A DNA stretch of 64,000 nucleotides from Myxococcales bacterium (lineage in GTDB: Bacteria; Myxococcota_A; Polyangia; Nannocystales; Nannocystaceae), in contig JACKDW010000001.1 of NCBI GenBank assembly GCA_020633295.1, positions 1,341,828-1,405,827 of the forward strand, read 5' to 3'. Made by a program: the position numbers and the translations under genes. Below are positions 1-11,810 of this stretch, one piece after another. The first letter of the stretch is position 1. Each line of letters begins with the position of its first letter. The notes under the pieces were generated by a model. The model ran no database searches. It had not been told where the DNA came from and worked only from the letters and a program-made list of their open reading frames with translations.

Positions 1-40
1 GGCCCGCCGCGCGTGGGCCTTTGCTACGCTGACCGAGCGC

Positions 41-3000
41 GTGGGTCGTTCGTTGCACATGCAGCCACACCTCGAGATCCCGGGTATCGAGCTCGATCGG
101 TCCGTCGGCCAGGGCGCCGCGAGCCTCGTGTTCCGGGGCCGGTGCGCGCGCGCGGGCGCGGACAAGGTCGTCGCGGTCAAGCTGTTCACGCCGGCCCACC
201 ACGACTCGGCCGAGGCGCTGCGCCGACGTGTGATCCGCGAGGCCGCGCTGCTCGCCAGCCTCGACCACCCCGGGCTCGCCGAGATCTATGAGGTCGGCGA
301 GCACGAGGGGCGCCCCTACATCGTGATGGAGTTCATCGAGGGCCGCTCGCTCGCGTCCACGCTGGCGACGCGCGACGGCCCGCTCCCGACCCCGCGCGTG
401 CTCTCGGTCGCGCACGCCGTCGCCGAGGTGCTCGATCACGTCTGGCGCCGCGGGCTGGTCCACCGCGACCTGAAGCCGTCCAACATCCTGATCGACTCGA
501 GCGGGACCGTGAAGGTGATCGACTTCGGCTTCGCGGAGCTCTGGTCGCGGGACCCGGGGGACTGGTCAGCGGACGCGGGCAATCAGCGACCTGTCGGCAC
601 GTTCACGTACAGCGCGCCCGAGCAGACCGGGATCCTGCGCCGACCGGTCGACGGCCGCGCCGATCTGTACGCGCTCGGGGCGGTGCTGTACGAGTGCGCG
701 ACGGGGCGGCCGCCCTTCGTCGCCGACGACGTCGGCAGCCTCTTGCACATGCACGCGGCCGTGCGCCCTCGTGACCCCCGCGAGCGCAACCCGGCCGTCT
801 CGTCGGGGCTCGCGGCGATCATCGCCCGGCTCCTGCGCAAGGATCCTGAGGAGCGCTACCAGTCGGCCTCGGCGCTGCTCGCCGACCTCGCGCGCGTTGA
901 CGTCATCTCGGGCCAGCTCGACGCGCTGCCGAGCGGCGGCGCCGTCGACGACGCGTCGCCGGCCGAGCTCGTGGAGGAGCGCGTCGATCCGCCGCTCGGC
1001 GTGCTGTCAGCGCCCTCGGGCGACGGCATGAGCCCGCTGCTGAGGGCCCGGGAGCCGGAGCTGCGCGAGCTGCTCTCGCGCTGGCGGCGGACGATGGCGG
1101 GCCGTGGTTGCTTCGTGCTGATCGAGGGCTCCCCCGGCGCGGGCGGCCAGCCGCTGTGCGCGGGGCTGCGAGAGCGCGCGAGCGCGTCGGAGCGCGCGAT
1201 CGTGCTGCGCGGGCGCTGCGACGAGGAGCTCCACCTCGCCTTCGGCCCCTTCGCGCAGGCGCTCGTCAATTTCATGAGCGACGCGGCGGGCGGGCGCGCG
1301 TCGATCCTCGCGCGCCGCGGCCTGATCCGCGCCGCAGCCGGGGAGCGCCGCGCCGCGCTGGCCCGCCTGACCCCGCGGCTCGCCGGGCTCCTGGGCGTGC
1401 CGGCGACGAGCGTCGCGGCCCGCGAAGGGCTCACGGCCGAGCAGGTCGCGGCGGTCGTGCGGGTGCTGTGCGAGCTGGCCAAGTCGGGGAGCCCGGTGCT
1501 GCTGGTGCTCGAGGACGGGCAGTGGATCGACGAGTCGAGCCGCGAGGTGCTGACGGCGCTGCGACGGCGCTTGGAGGGTCCCGGCGCGCCGGCTTTGATG
1601 GTCGTGTGCACCACCCGCGACCGCGAGCGCGGCGACGCGCGGACCGGCGACGCGCGGACCGACGACGCGCGGGCCGACGACGCGGCGGACGAGGACGGCG
1701 ACGAGGTCGTGCGCCTGCGCCCGCTGCTGCGCTCGGCGGCGCGACGCGTGATCTCGGACTGCCTCGGCGGGCGCCCGGTCGACGCGGCGCTCGTGCGCGC
1801 CGTGCTGGCGCGCAGCGGCGAGCAGCCCGAGACCATCGTCGAGTGCGTGCGGACGATGCTCTCCGCCGGGATCCTGCGGCCGGCGTGGGGGGCGTGGGAG
1901 TTCGAGAGCGATCGCCTGCGCGAGCTCGGGCTGCCCGGCGACATGGCGTCGCTGGTGCTCCACCGGCTCGCCGACGTCGACGCCGGCGATCGCGACGTGC
2001 TGCGCTGGTCGGCGGTGCTCGGCGCCCGGTTCTCGCTCGCGCACCTGCCGTCGATCATCGAGCGCGACAGCGACGCGGTGGTGCGCGCGGTCGAGAACGG
2101 CACGCGCGCGGGCGTGATCGAGCGCGTGCACGGCGACGAGTACGGCTTCGTGCACCCGAGCATCCGCGCGGCGCTGCTCGGCGAGCTCTCGGGGACGCAG
2201 CGCCGCGCGTGCCACCTGCGGATCGCCGCGGCGCTCGACGCCATCCCGACGCTGACGGCCGCGCAGCTGTTCGGGCGCGCGCGCCACTACGCCGAGGCGC
2301 TCGACCACGAGACGGCGCGTCGCGTGTACGAGACCAACCGCAGCGCCGGCGCGCTCGCGCTGCGCACCCACGCCCCCGAGCACGCCTATCAATTCCTCGC
2401 CGCGGCGCTGCAGGCCCGCATGGTCGGCGGCCTCGGCGAGGACCTCGACCTCTACGAGACGCTCGGCGAGGTCTGCCTCCGGACGGCGCGCTACCGCCAG
2501 GCCGAGGCGCACCTGCGGCACCTGCTCGAGCGGCGCGACGAGCCGGCCGCGCGCGCGAGCGTGTGCGCGACGCTCGCGAGCGTGCACGCGGCCGCGCCCG
2601 ATGTCTCGTCCGCGCGCGCCAGTATCAAGCGCGGGCTCGAGGAGCTCGACCCGCCCCAGGCGACGCCCGACGGTCCGGGGCTCACCGGCGCGGTCGCGCG
2701 GCTGCGACGGTCGGTCGTGCGCGCGGCCGCCTGCGCGCGCGCGCGCGACGGGGATCAGCGCCGCGCGCTCGCGGCCGACGTCGCGCTGCGGCGCTGGGCG
2801 GCGGGTTTCGAGCTGGCGGAGCCAACCACGAGCGCGCGCTCGAGCACGTCCGCGCGGCGTTCGGCTCGGCGCGGCGGCTGCCGCGGGGCCCGCGCACGCG
2901 CGCCTCGACATCACCGGCGCGCAGGTCTGGGCCGCGCACGGCTACTTCGGGCGCGCGGACGAGCTGTGCGCGCGCGCCGAGGCGGAGGCCGAGCGGCTCG

Positions 3001-5392
3001 ACGACCCGGCGCTGCAGGGCGAGAGCCTGGTCGCGCGCGGCGTGCTGCTCGAGCACGCCGGCGACAGCGTGGGCGCCGCGAGCGTGCTCGACCGCGCGCT
3101 CGCGGACCACGGCGCGCGGCTCGACCCGTGGAACGCGACGCGCGCGCGGCTCGTGCTCGGTGGAGCCTCGTCCTTCGAGGACATGTCCGTGAAGCCATCT
3201 CGGTCCTCGAGCGCTCGAGCCGGCGCAGCGGCGCGGGCCTGCGCGCGCGCCCGAGGCCGCCGCCGCGCGCGGGCGCGGCGAGCGTGCTCAGGGCCTGCGA
3301 GGCGCTGCTCGGGCGCGGCGCGGAGAGCCGCCAGCGCTTCGAGCAGGCCCAGGAGCGGCTCGCCGACCACGACGTCGGGCGGCTGACGCGGGCGCTGCAC
3401 TCGCTCGCGCGCAACCTGGTGTTCGTCGAGGAGGGCGCGCTCACGGGCGCGCTCGAGCTCGAGTCGACGCTGTCGCGGTCGCTCGAGAGCGCGGCGCTCG
3501 GGGTCTCGAGCACGCCGCTCCTGCTGCGGCCGATGTGGCTGCTGCGGGCGCGCCAGCGGCTCGCGATGCTCGAGACCTCGCTCGATCGCGCGGGCGGCCG
3601 CACGGGCGGGCAGGAGCGCGATCGCATGCGCGCCGAGCTCGACGACGCGCTCGCGGACCTCGCGACCAACGCGCGCGAGCAGCCGGCGCTCGGCTGCCAC
3701 CTGCGCGTGCTGGAGGCCGCGCGCGCGCGCCTGGATCACGCCGAGGGTCGCGACGCGCGCGACCTCCAGCGCGCCCTCGAGATGCTCGGGCGGGCGCAGA
3801 GCGCCGCGTTCTCGGTCGACAGCCCGTGGGCGCTGTACGAGGTGCACCGCGAGCGCGCGCGCCTGCTGGCGACCATGGGGCACGGCGCGGCGGCGCGGCG
3901 CGAGGCGAACGCCGCGCTGCAGCTCGCGCTCGAGCAGGGCTGGGCGCCGCGCGCGAGGCGAGTCCGCGCCGAGTTCGAGCTCGTGGATCCGGCCCCGCGC
4001 GTGCTCGGGGGCTCGCGGGACTTCGAGACCGGCGAGGCCGCGGTGCCCACGCCCGGCCGGCTGCTCCGTCGCGGCGCGGCCGGGGGCAGCGCGCTCGATC
4101 GCTGCTTCGACTCGCTGCTCGAGGTCAGCCGCACCGCGGTCGCGCGCGGCGACGCGGAGCTGCGAGAGCAGGCGCGGCACGTGCTCGACGCGCTCATCTC
4201 GGCGATGGGGGCCGAGCGCGCGCTGCTGTTCGTGCACGAGGAGGGGCGCGACGAGCCGCGCGAGGGCGAGCCCGGCGAGCTCGGTCAGCTCCGGCGCATC
4301 GCGGGACGCGACAGCCGCGGGCGCGACCTCGAGGTCGGCGAGCGCTACAGCACGACGCTCGTCGAGCACGTCGTGGCCACGCGCGCGGTCCGGGTGATCG
4401 GCGGGACCGACGAGACCGAGCGCGCGCCGTCCGAGAGCGTCGAGTCCCTCGAGCTCAAGAGCGTCGTCGGGGCGCCGCTGCTCGTGCAGGACCGCCTCAT
4501 CGGCGTGGTGTACCTCGACAACCGCCTCGTCCGCGGGCTGTTCGGCCCGGAGGATCTTCGCCTGCTCGTCGCCATGTGCAACCACATCGCGATCGCGCTC
4601 GAGAGCTCGCGGCTGACCCGCTACATGCGGATCACGCGGGACCAGGCGCTCGAGGCGAGCAGGCTCAAGAGCGCCTTCCTGACGCACATGAGCCACGAGC
4701 TGCGGACGCCGCTCAACGCGGTCATCGGCTACAGCGAGATCCTCGCGGAGGACCTGGCGACGCGGGCCCCCGACGCGCTGCCGGATCTGACGCGCATCGG
4801 CGACGCGGGCAAGCACCTGCTCGAGCTGATCAGCGACGTCCTCGACCTCGCCAAGCTCGAGTCCGGCAAGCTCGAGCTGCATCGCGCCCGCTTCGAAATC
4901 GGCCCGCTCGTGGAGGAGGCGGTCGACTCGGTCAAGGGCGAGCTCGCGCGCAACGACAACGACCTGCAGGTGAGCTGCCCGCCCGGCATCGGCGAGCTGT
5001 GCTCCGACCGCCAGAGCGTGCTCCGAGTGCTGCGCGCGGTGCTCGGCAACGCCGCCAAGTTCACGCACCGCGGCGTCATCGAGCTCGACGTCCGCTGGCA
5101 CGCGCGCCACGACGGCAAGCACCTCGCGTGCGAGATCCGCGACTCCGGCATCGGCATGGCGCCCGATGACGTCGAGCGGCTGTTCACCGAGTTCTCGCAG
5201 GCGGACATGTCGACGACGCGCGAGTACGGCGGCGCGGGCCTCGGCCTCGCGATCAGCCAGCGGCTGTGCAAGCTGCTCGGCGGCTCGATCCACGTCGAGA
5301 GCCAGGAGGGCCGCGGCTCGACCTTCACGATCGTGCTGCCGGACAGCGAGCCGGAGCGAGCGGAGCGCGGGCTCTCGCCCGCGACGAGCTGA
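41..5392 (+). CDS. Multidomain signalling protein: N-terminal Ser/Thr protein kinase, AAA/NTPase, TPR-like helical region, GAF domain, C-terminal histidine kinase (HisKA + HATPase_c)
   Basis: Kinase motifs HRDLKPSNIL, DFG and SAPE near the N-terminus; Walker-like GSPGAGG; GAF-like region (VGAPLLVQDRLIGVVYLDN); C-terminal HELRTPLNAVIGYSEIL and GLGLAISQRLCKLLGG HATPase motifs. The reading frame is locally disrupted around 2826-3175, where real-looking peptide runs through the +1 and +2 frames before returning. Confidence 0.7.
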   Translation: MGRSLHMQPHLEIPGIELDRSVGQGAASLVFRGRCARAGADKVVAVKLFTPAHHDSAEALRRRVIREAALLASLDHPGLAEIYEVGEHEGRPYIVMEFIEGRSLASTLATRDGPLPTPRVLSVAHAVAEVLDHVWRRGLVHRDLKPSNILIDSSGTVKVIDFGFAELWSRDPGDWSADAGNQRPVGTFTYSAPEQTGILRRPVDGRADLYALGAVLYECATGRPPFVADDVGSLLHMHAAVRPRDPRERNPAVSSGLAAIIARLLRKDPEERYQSASALLADLARVDVISGQLDALPSGGAVDDASPAELVEERVDPPLGVLSAPSGDGMSPLLRAREPELRELLSRWRRTMAGRGCFVLIEGSPGAGGQPLCAGLRERASASERAIVLRGRCDEELHLAFGPFAQALVNFMSDAAGGRASILARRGLIRAAAGERRAALARLTPRLAGLLGVPATSVAAREGLTAEQVAAVVRVLCELAKSGSPVLLVLEDGQWIDESSREVLTALRRRLEGPGAPALMVVCTTRDRERGDARTGDARTDDARADDAADEDGDEVVRLRPLLRSAARRVISDCLGGRPVDAALVRAVLARSGEQPETIVECVRTMLSAGILRPAWGAWEFESDRLRELGLPGDMASLVLHRLADVDAGDRDVLRWSAVLGARFSLAHLPSIIERDSDAVVRAVENGTRAGVIERVHGDEYGFVHPSIRAALLGELSGTQRRACHLRIAAALDAIPTLTAAQLFGRARHYAEALDHETARRVYETNRSAGALALRTHAPEHAYQFLAAALQARMVGGLGEDLDLYETLGEVCLRTARYRQAEAHLRHLLERRDEPAARASVCATLASVHAAAPDVSSARASIKRGLEELDPPQATPDGPGLTGAVARLRRSVVRAAACARARDGDQRRALAADVALRRWAAGFELAEPTTSARSSTSARRSARRGGCRGARARAPRHHRRAGLGRARLLRARGRAVRARRGGGRAARRPGAAGREPGRARRAARARRRQRGRRERARPRARGPRRAARPVERDARAARARWSLVLRGHVREAISVLERSSRRSGAGLRARPRPPPRAGAASVLRACEALLGRGAESRQRFEQAQERLADHDVGRLTRALHSLARNLVFVEEGALTGALELESTLSRSLESAALGVSSTPLLLRPMWLLRARQRLAMLETSLDRAGGRTGGQERDRMRAELDDALADLATNAREQPALGCHLRVLEAARARLDHAEGRDARDLQRALEMLGRAQSAAFSVDSPWALYEVHRERARLLATMGHGAAARREANAALQLALEQGWAPRARRVRAEFELVDPAPRVLGGSRDFETGEAAVPTPGRLLRRGAAGGSALDRCFDSLLEVSRTAVARGDAELREQARHVLDALISAMGAERALLFVHEEGRDEPREGEPGELGQLRRIAGRDSRGRDLEVGERYSTTLVEHVVATRAVRVIGGTDETERAPSESVESLELKSVVGAPLLVQDRLIGVVYLDNRLVRGLFGPEDLRLLVAMCNHIAIALESSRLTRYMRITRDQALEASRLKSAFLTHMSHELRTPLNAVIGYSEILAEDLATRAPDALPDLTRIGDAGKHLLELISDVLDLAKLESGKLELHRARFEIGPLVEEAVDSVKGELARNDNDLQVSCPPGIGELCSDRQSVLRVLRAVLGNAAKFTHRGVIELDVRWHARHDGKHLACEIRDSGIGMAPDDVERLFTEFSQADMSTTREYGGAGLGLAISQRLCKLLGGSIHVESQEGRGSTFTIVLPDSEPERAERGLSPATS

Positions 5393-5516
5393 CCGCGGTC
5401 ACGGGCGGAGCGGCGGTCGAGGGCGGCGGGGGCTGTCGGCGCGCTGCGGGGGCCCTCCCCGTCCTCGCGCGTGACGGTCGCCTCGCGGCGAGGGCGTCGC
5501 GGGCGCGACGACGGAT

Positions 5517-5612
5517 GACATGACTATTAAGACATGTACACCGCGGGCCGCTGGTCTGGCGCTCGCGCGGCGCCCCGGCCCTGCGCATGTGACATGTGCC
5601 TGTACACATGAC
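5517..5612. promoter_or_regulatory. Cluster of five ACATG motifs including ACATGACTATTAAGACATGT (direct repeat ACATG-N9-ACATG) in an AT-richer intergenic island
   Basis: Read directly: tgACATGactattaagACATGtacacc ... gcgCATGtgACATGtgcctgtacACATGac. The same 20-nt motif recurs at 40073 and 50413. Confidence 0.35.
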
Positions 5613-5758
5613 CCATTAGACACCCATATGATCTCGCGCTCCCGCGCGGTTCTGCGCGCACGTTTTCGCGCCGCGCGATAGCGCCACTGAGCGCGCAGAA
5701 CCGCGCCGCGGCGCGGCTGCGGGCGTGAATTTAACGAAATTATTCTTACAGATACTTG

Positions 5759-5782
5759 GATACTGATTTGAAGTTCAGTATC
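5759..5782. promoter_or_regulatory. Putative LexA/SOS operator: perfect palindrome GATACTGA-N8-TCAGTATC about 25 nt upstream of imuA
   Basis: 8-bp inverted repeat with 8-nt spacer. Contains GTTCAG, which is part of the reported Myxococcus LexA box, and a TACTG-N10-CAGTA core resembling the gammaproteobacterial SOS box. Positioned immediately upstream of the imuA-imuB-dnaE2 cassette, a classic LexA regulon. Confidence 0.5.
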
Positions 5783-5804
5783 CTTAACAGGTCGGGGGGA
5801 TGGG

Positions 5805-6623
5805 GTGATGGGTGGGCTCAAAACGCGCGCCAACGCGCATATTCACGCACTCTGGGCGAATTCGTCGCAGGAGGAACAGGCCCGCGAAGACGCGGAGCGA
5901 CGCTCCGAGCGGGCGACAAAACAAACACCTGTCAGCCTCGCCGTCGCCGAGGATCTGACTCGAGATCGGGACGATGCGCATGCACGCGCGCCGGGTGAGC
6001 CGGAGCGCGCGCGCGAGGGGCTCGGGGCGCTCTGTCGACCCGGCAAGCTCCTCGAGCTCTCGGGCGACGGCGACGCGGCGCTGCTGACCACCGCCGCCGC
6101 CATCGTCCGCGAGGCCCAGCGCGAGCGCGAGACCACCGCGTGGGTGCAGCCCACGGGCGGCCCGCTGTTCCCGCCCGACCTCGCCGAGGCGGGCGTCGAC
6201 CTCGAGTCGCTGATCGTCGTCCACGTGCCCCGCCCCGCCCCGAGCGGGCGACCCAAGAGCGCCGCGCTCGAGCTGGCGCGCGCCGCCGAGCTCCTGCTGC
6301 GCTCGGGCGCGTTCGGCCTCGTCGTGCTCGACCTGTGCGAGGCGCCGCCGCCTCGCAGCAGCCGCCGCGGCGCCACCTGGCAGGCGCGCCTGCTCGCGCT
6401 CGCGCGGCAGCACCACAGCCGCCTCGTCATCCTGACCCAAAAGCCCGATCACCATGACTCCGCCGGACCGCTCGTCAACCTCCGCGTCGCGCCCCGCCGC
6501 GTGCTCCGGGCCAGCCCTCGCGGGCTCGGCTTCGAAGTCATCCCGCGTGTCCTCAAGGACAAGTCGGGTGACGCGCCGGCGCTCTCGCCCGACGCGCGCC
6601 GCGGCCCCTGGGGTCTCACCTGA
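5805..6623 (+). CDS. imuA: ImuA (RecA-fold SOS mutagenesis protein, SulA/ImuA family)
   Basis: Protein similarity to ImuA (LLELSGDGDAALLTTAAAIVREAQRERETTAWVQP); first gene of an imuA-imuB-dnaE2 arrangement; alternative ATG at 5808. Confidence 0.75.
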   Translation: MMGGLKTRANAHIHALWANSSQEEQAREDAERRSERATKQTPVSLAVAEDLTRDRDDAHARAPGEPERAREGLGALCRPGKLLELSGDGDAALLTTAAAIVREAQRERETTAWVQPTGGPLFPPDLAEAGVDLESLIVVHVPRPAPSGRPKSAALELARAAELLLRSGAFGLVVLDLCEAPPPRSSRRGATWQARLLALARQHHSRLVILTQKPDHHDSAGPLVNLRVAPRRVLRASPRGLGFEVIPRVLKDKSGDAPALSPDARRGPWGLT

Positions 6624-6672
6624 GCGCGCCGGGCCGCCGTCGCTGCCGCTGACGCCGACCCGCGATCGGACC

Positions 6673-8346
6673 ATGACGACCCCTCGGGCCTCGCCTGCGC
6701 GCGTGGCCTGCCTCGCGCTGCCCTCCCTGCCGCTGCAGCTCGCGCTGCGCGAGCGGCCGGCGTGGCGCGACCAGCCCGTGGTGGTGGTCGACAAGGAGGG
6801 CCCCCAGGGCGTGGTGCTGTGGGCCAACGCGCTCGCGCGCGCGGCCCGGATCACCCGCGGCACGCGGTACGCCGCCGCCTGCAGGGCTCGTCCCGGCGCT
6901 GCGCGCCGAGGTCGCGCGCGGGCGCCCGCGCTCGAGGAGGCCGGCGCGGCGCTGCTCGCCGCGCTGCAGCGCTGCTCGCCGCGCGTCGAGGCCTACGCCC
7001 TGAGCGCCCAGGATCTTCTGGCTCGACCCCTCCGGCCTCGAGCGGCTGTTCGGAGATCTCGAGCGCTGGGGCCTCGCGGTCGTCGCGGCCGTCGCCGAGT
7101 TTCGGAGCCCGACGCGACCGTCGTCATCGGCTTCACGCGCTTCGCCACCCTCGCGCTCGCGCGCCTGCGCGCGGCGCGACGCGCCTGCGCCCGTCTTGAT
7201 GCTCCAAGAGCCAGCCGAGGAGCGCGCGGCGCTGGACCGCGTGCCGCTCGCCGCGCTGCCCCGCGAGGACTTCCCGCCGCGCCTGCGCGAGAGACGCTCG
7301 CGCCCCTGGGCGTGCGCACGCTCGGCGACTTCCTCGCCCTGCCCGCGCCGGCGCTGCGGCTCCGGTTCGGGCGCGCCGCCGCCGAGCTGCACGCGCGCGC
7401 GCGCGGGCAGACCTTGGACCCGCTCACGCCGGCGGCGCTGCAGGAGCCCCTCGAGGTCAGCCGCGTCGTCGATCCGCCCGACGACCACCACGAGCGCCTG
7501 CTGTTCATCCTCAAGGAGGCGCTCGCCGAGCTGCTCGGCAAGCTCGACGCGGGCGGCGCGAGCGAGCGCGACGCCCTGCGCGCGCTGACCGTCGAATTCG
7601 AGTTCGACATGTCCATTGAGACATCCGATCTCGAGGACAGGCCCCAGGCCGCGGGCGACCCCGGGCGCCTCGAGCTGCGCCCGGGCGCGCCCACCCGCGA
7701 CCTGATGCAGCTCGTCGACCTGCTGCGCCTGCGGCTCGGCGAGCAGGCCACCCGCGGCGGCCTCCCGGCGCCTGTGCGCGCGCTGACCGTCACGGGCGAG
7801 CCCGAGCGCCTGCGCGACGCCCAGGTCGCGCTGCTCCCGGGGCAGCGCCCGCGTCGTGATCCCGAGGCCGTCGCCGCCGCGCTCGCGCGCCTGCGCGCCG
7901 CCTTCGGCGAGCAGGCGGTGACGCGCGCGCGCCTGCGCGACGCGATCCTCCCCGAGGCGAGCTTCACCTGGGAGCAGACGCTGCGCCCGAACGCGCGCCC
8001 CGCCCCGCCCGCGGATCCTTGGCCAGCCAACGATCACGATCCGCTGCAGCGCGCGCCGCTGCTGCGCCGGGTGTTCCCGCGTCCGCTGCCCCTGCCCGCG
8101 CCGCCCGACGGCGCGGCGCCCTGGCGCGTCCCGGAGCGCCCGCCGTTCGACATGTCCAACAAGACGTTTGAGCCGAGGATGACGACCGTGCGCCGCTTGC
8201 ACGGCCCGTTCCGCGTCAGCGGCGGCTGGTGGGCGCGGACCGTCGAGCGCGACTACTACTACGCCGAGACCGCCCGCGGCGCGCTGATGTGGATCTTCTA
8301 CGACCGCCCGCGCGACCGCTGGTTCTGGCACGGCCTGGTCGACTGA
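6673..8346 (+). CDS. imuB: ImuB (Y-family polymerase-like, catalytically inactive mutasome subunit); local frame switches at about 7010-7290
   Basis: N-terminus MTTPRASPARVACLALPSLPLQLALRERP is typical for ImuB. Y-family-like motifs LDPSGLERLFGDLERWGLAVVAAVAEF and LMLQEPAEERAALDRVPLAALP sit in the +1 frame, while ATVVIGFTRFATLALARL and ETLAPLGVRTLGDFLALPAPALRLRFG sit in the main frame, giving four apparent alternating frameshifts. The ORF-track frame stays open from 6454. Confidence 0.7.
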   Translation: MTTPRASPARVACLALPSLPLQLALRERPAWRDQPVVVVDKEGPQGVVLWANALARAARITRGTRYAAACRARPGAARRGRARAPALEEAGAALLAALQRCSPRVEAYALSAQDLLARPLRPRAAVRRSRALGPRGRRGRRRVSEPDATVVIGFTRFATLALARLRAARRACARLDAPRASRGARGAGPRAARRAAPRGLPAAPARETLAPLGVRTLGDFLALPAPALRLRFGRAAAELHARARGQTLDPLTPAALQEPLEVSRVVDPPDDHHERLLFILKEALAELLGKLDAGGASERDALRALTVEFEFDMSIETSDLEDRPQAAGDPGRLELRPGAPTRDLMQLVDLLRLRLGEQATRGGLPAPVRALTVTGEPERLRDAQVALLPGQRPRRDPEAVAAALARLRAAFGEQAVTRARLRDAILPEASFTWEQTLRPNARPAPPADPWPANDHDPLQRAPLLRRVFPRPLPLPAPPDGAAPWRVPERPPFDMSNKTFEPRMTTVRRLHGPFRVSGGWWARTVERDYYYAETARGALMWIFYDRPRDRWFWHGLVD

Positions 8347-8347
8347 T

Positions 8348-8431
8348 CGCGACCTCCTCCGCGACCTCCTCCGCGACCTCCTCCGCGACCTCCTCCGCGA
8401 CCTCCTCCGCGACCTCCTCCGCGACCTCCTT
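8348..8431. repeat. Tandem repeat, 12-nt unit CGCGACCTCCTC x7 in the imuB-dnaE2 intergenic spacer
   Basis: Seven perfect or near-perfect copies read directly, starting 2 nt after the imuB stop and ending 33 nt before the dnaE2 start. Confidence 0.8.
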
Positions 8432-8463
8432 CTTCTCGCCCTCCACCCCCTCACCGGATCGCC

Positions 8464-11739
<3,276 letters not shown>

Positions 11740-11810
11740 GCCCACGGTCACGCGCCCGCGCGACGTCGCGCGGCTTGACGCGCTCCCAGCGGGGCGCGAC
11801 AGTCCTCGCG

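Noticed and set aside
856-5293. Long antisense/alternate-frame ORFs inside the large kinase gene (856..2244 -, 1007..2914 -, 1108..3192 +, 2942..5293 -, 3535..5169 +).
   Set aside because: Typical GC-rich shadow ORFs with Arg/Ala/Pro-dominated composition and no motifs. Parts of 1108..3192 and 2601..3386 do carry real peptide, but as frame-shifted segments of the main gene, not independent genes.
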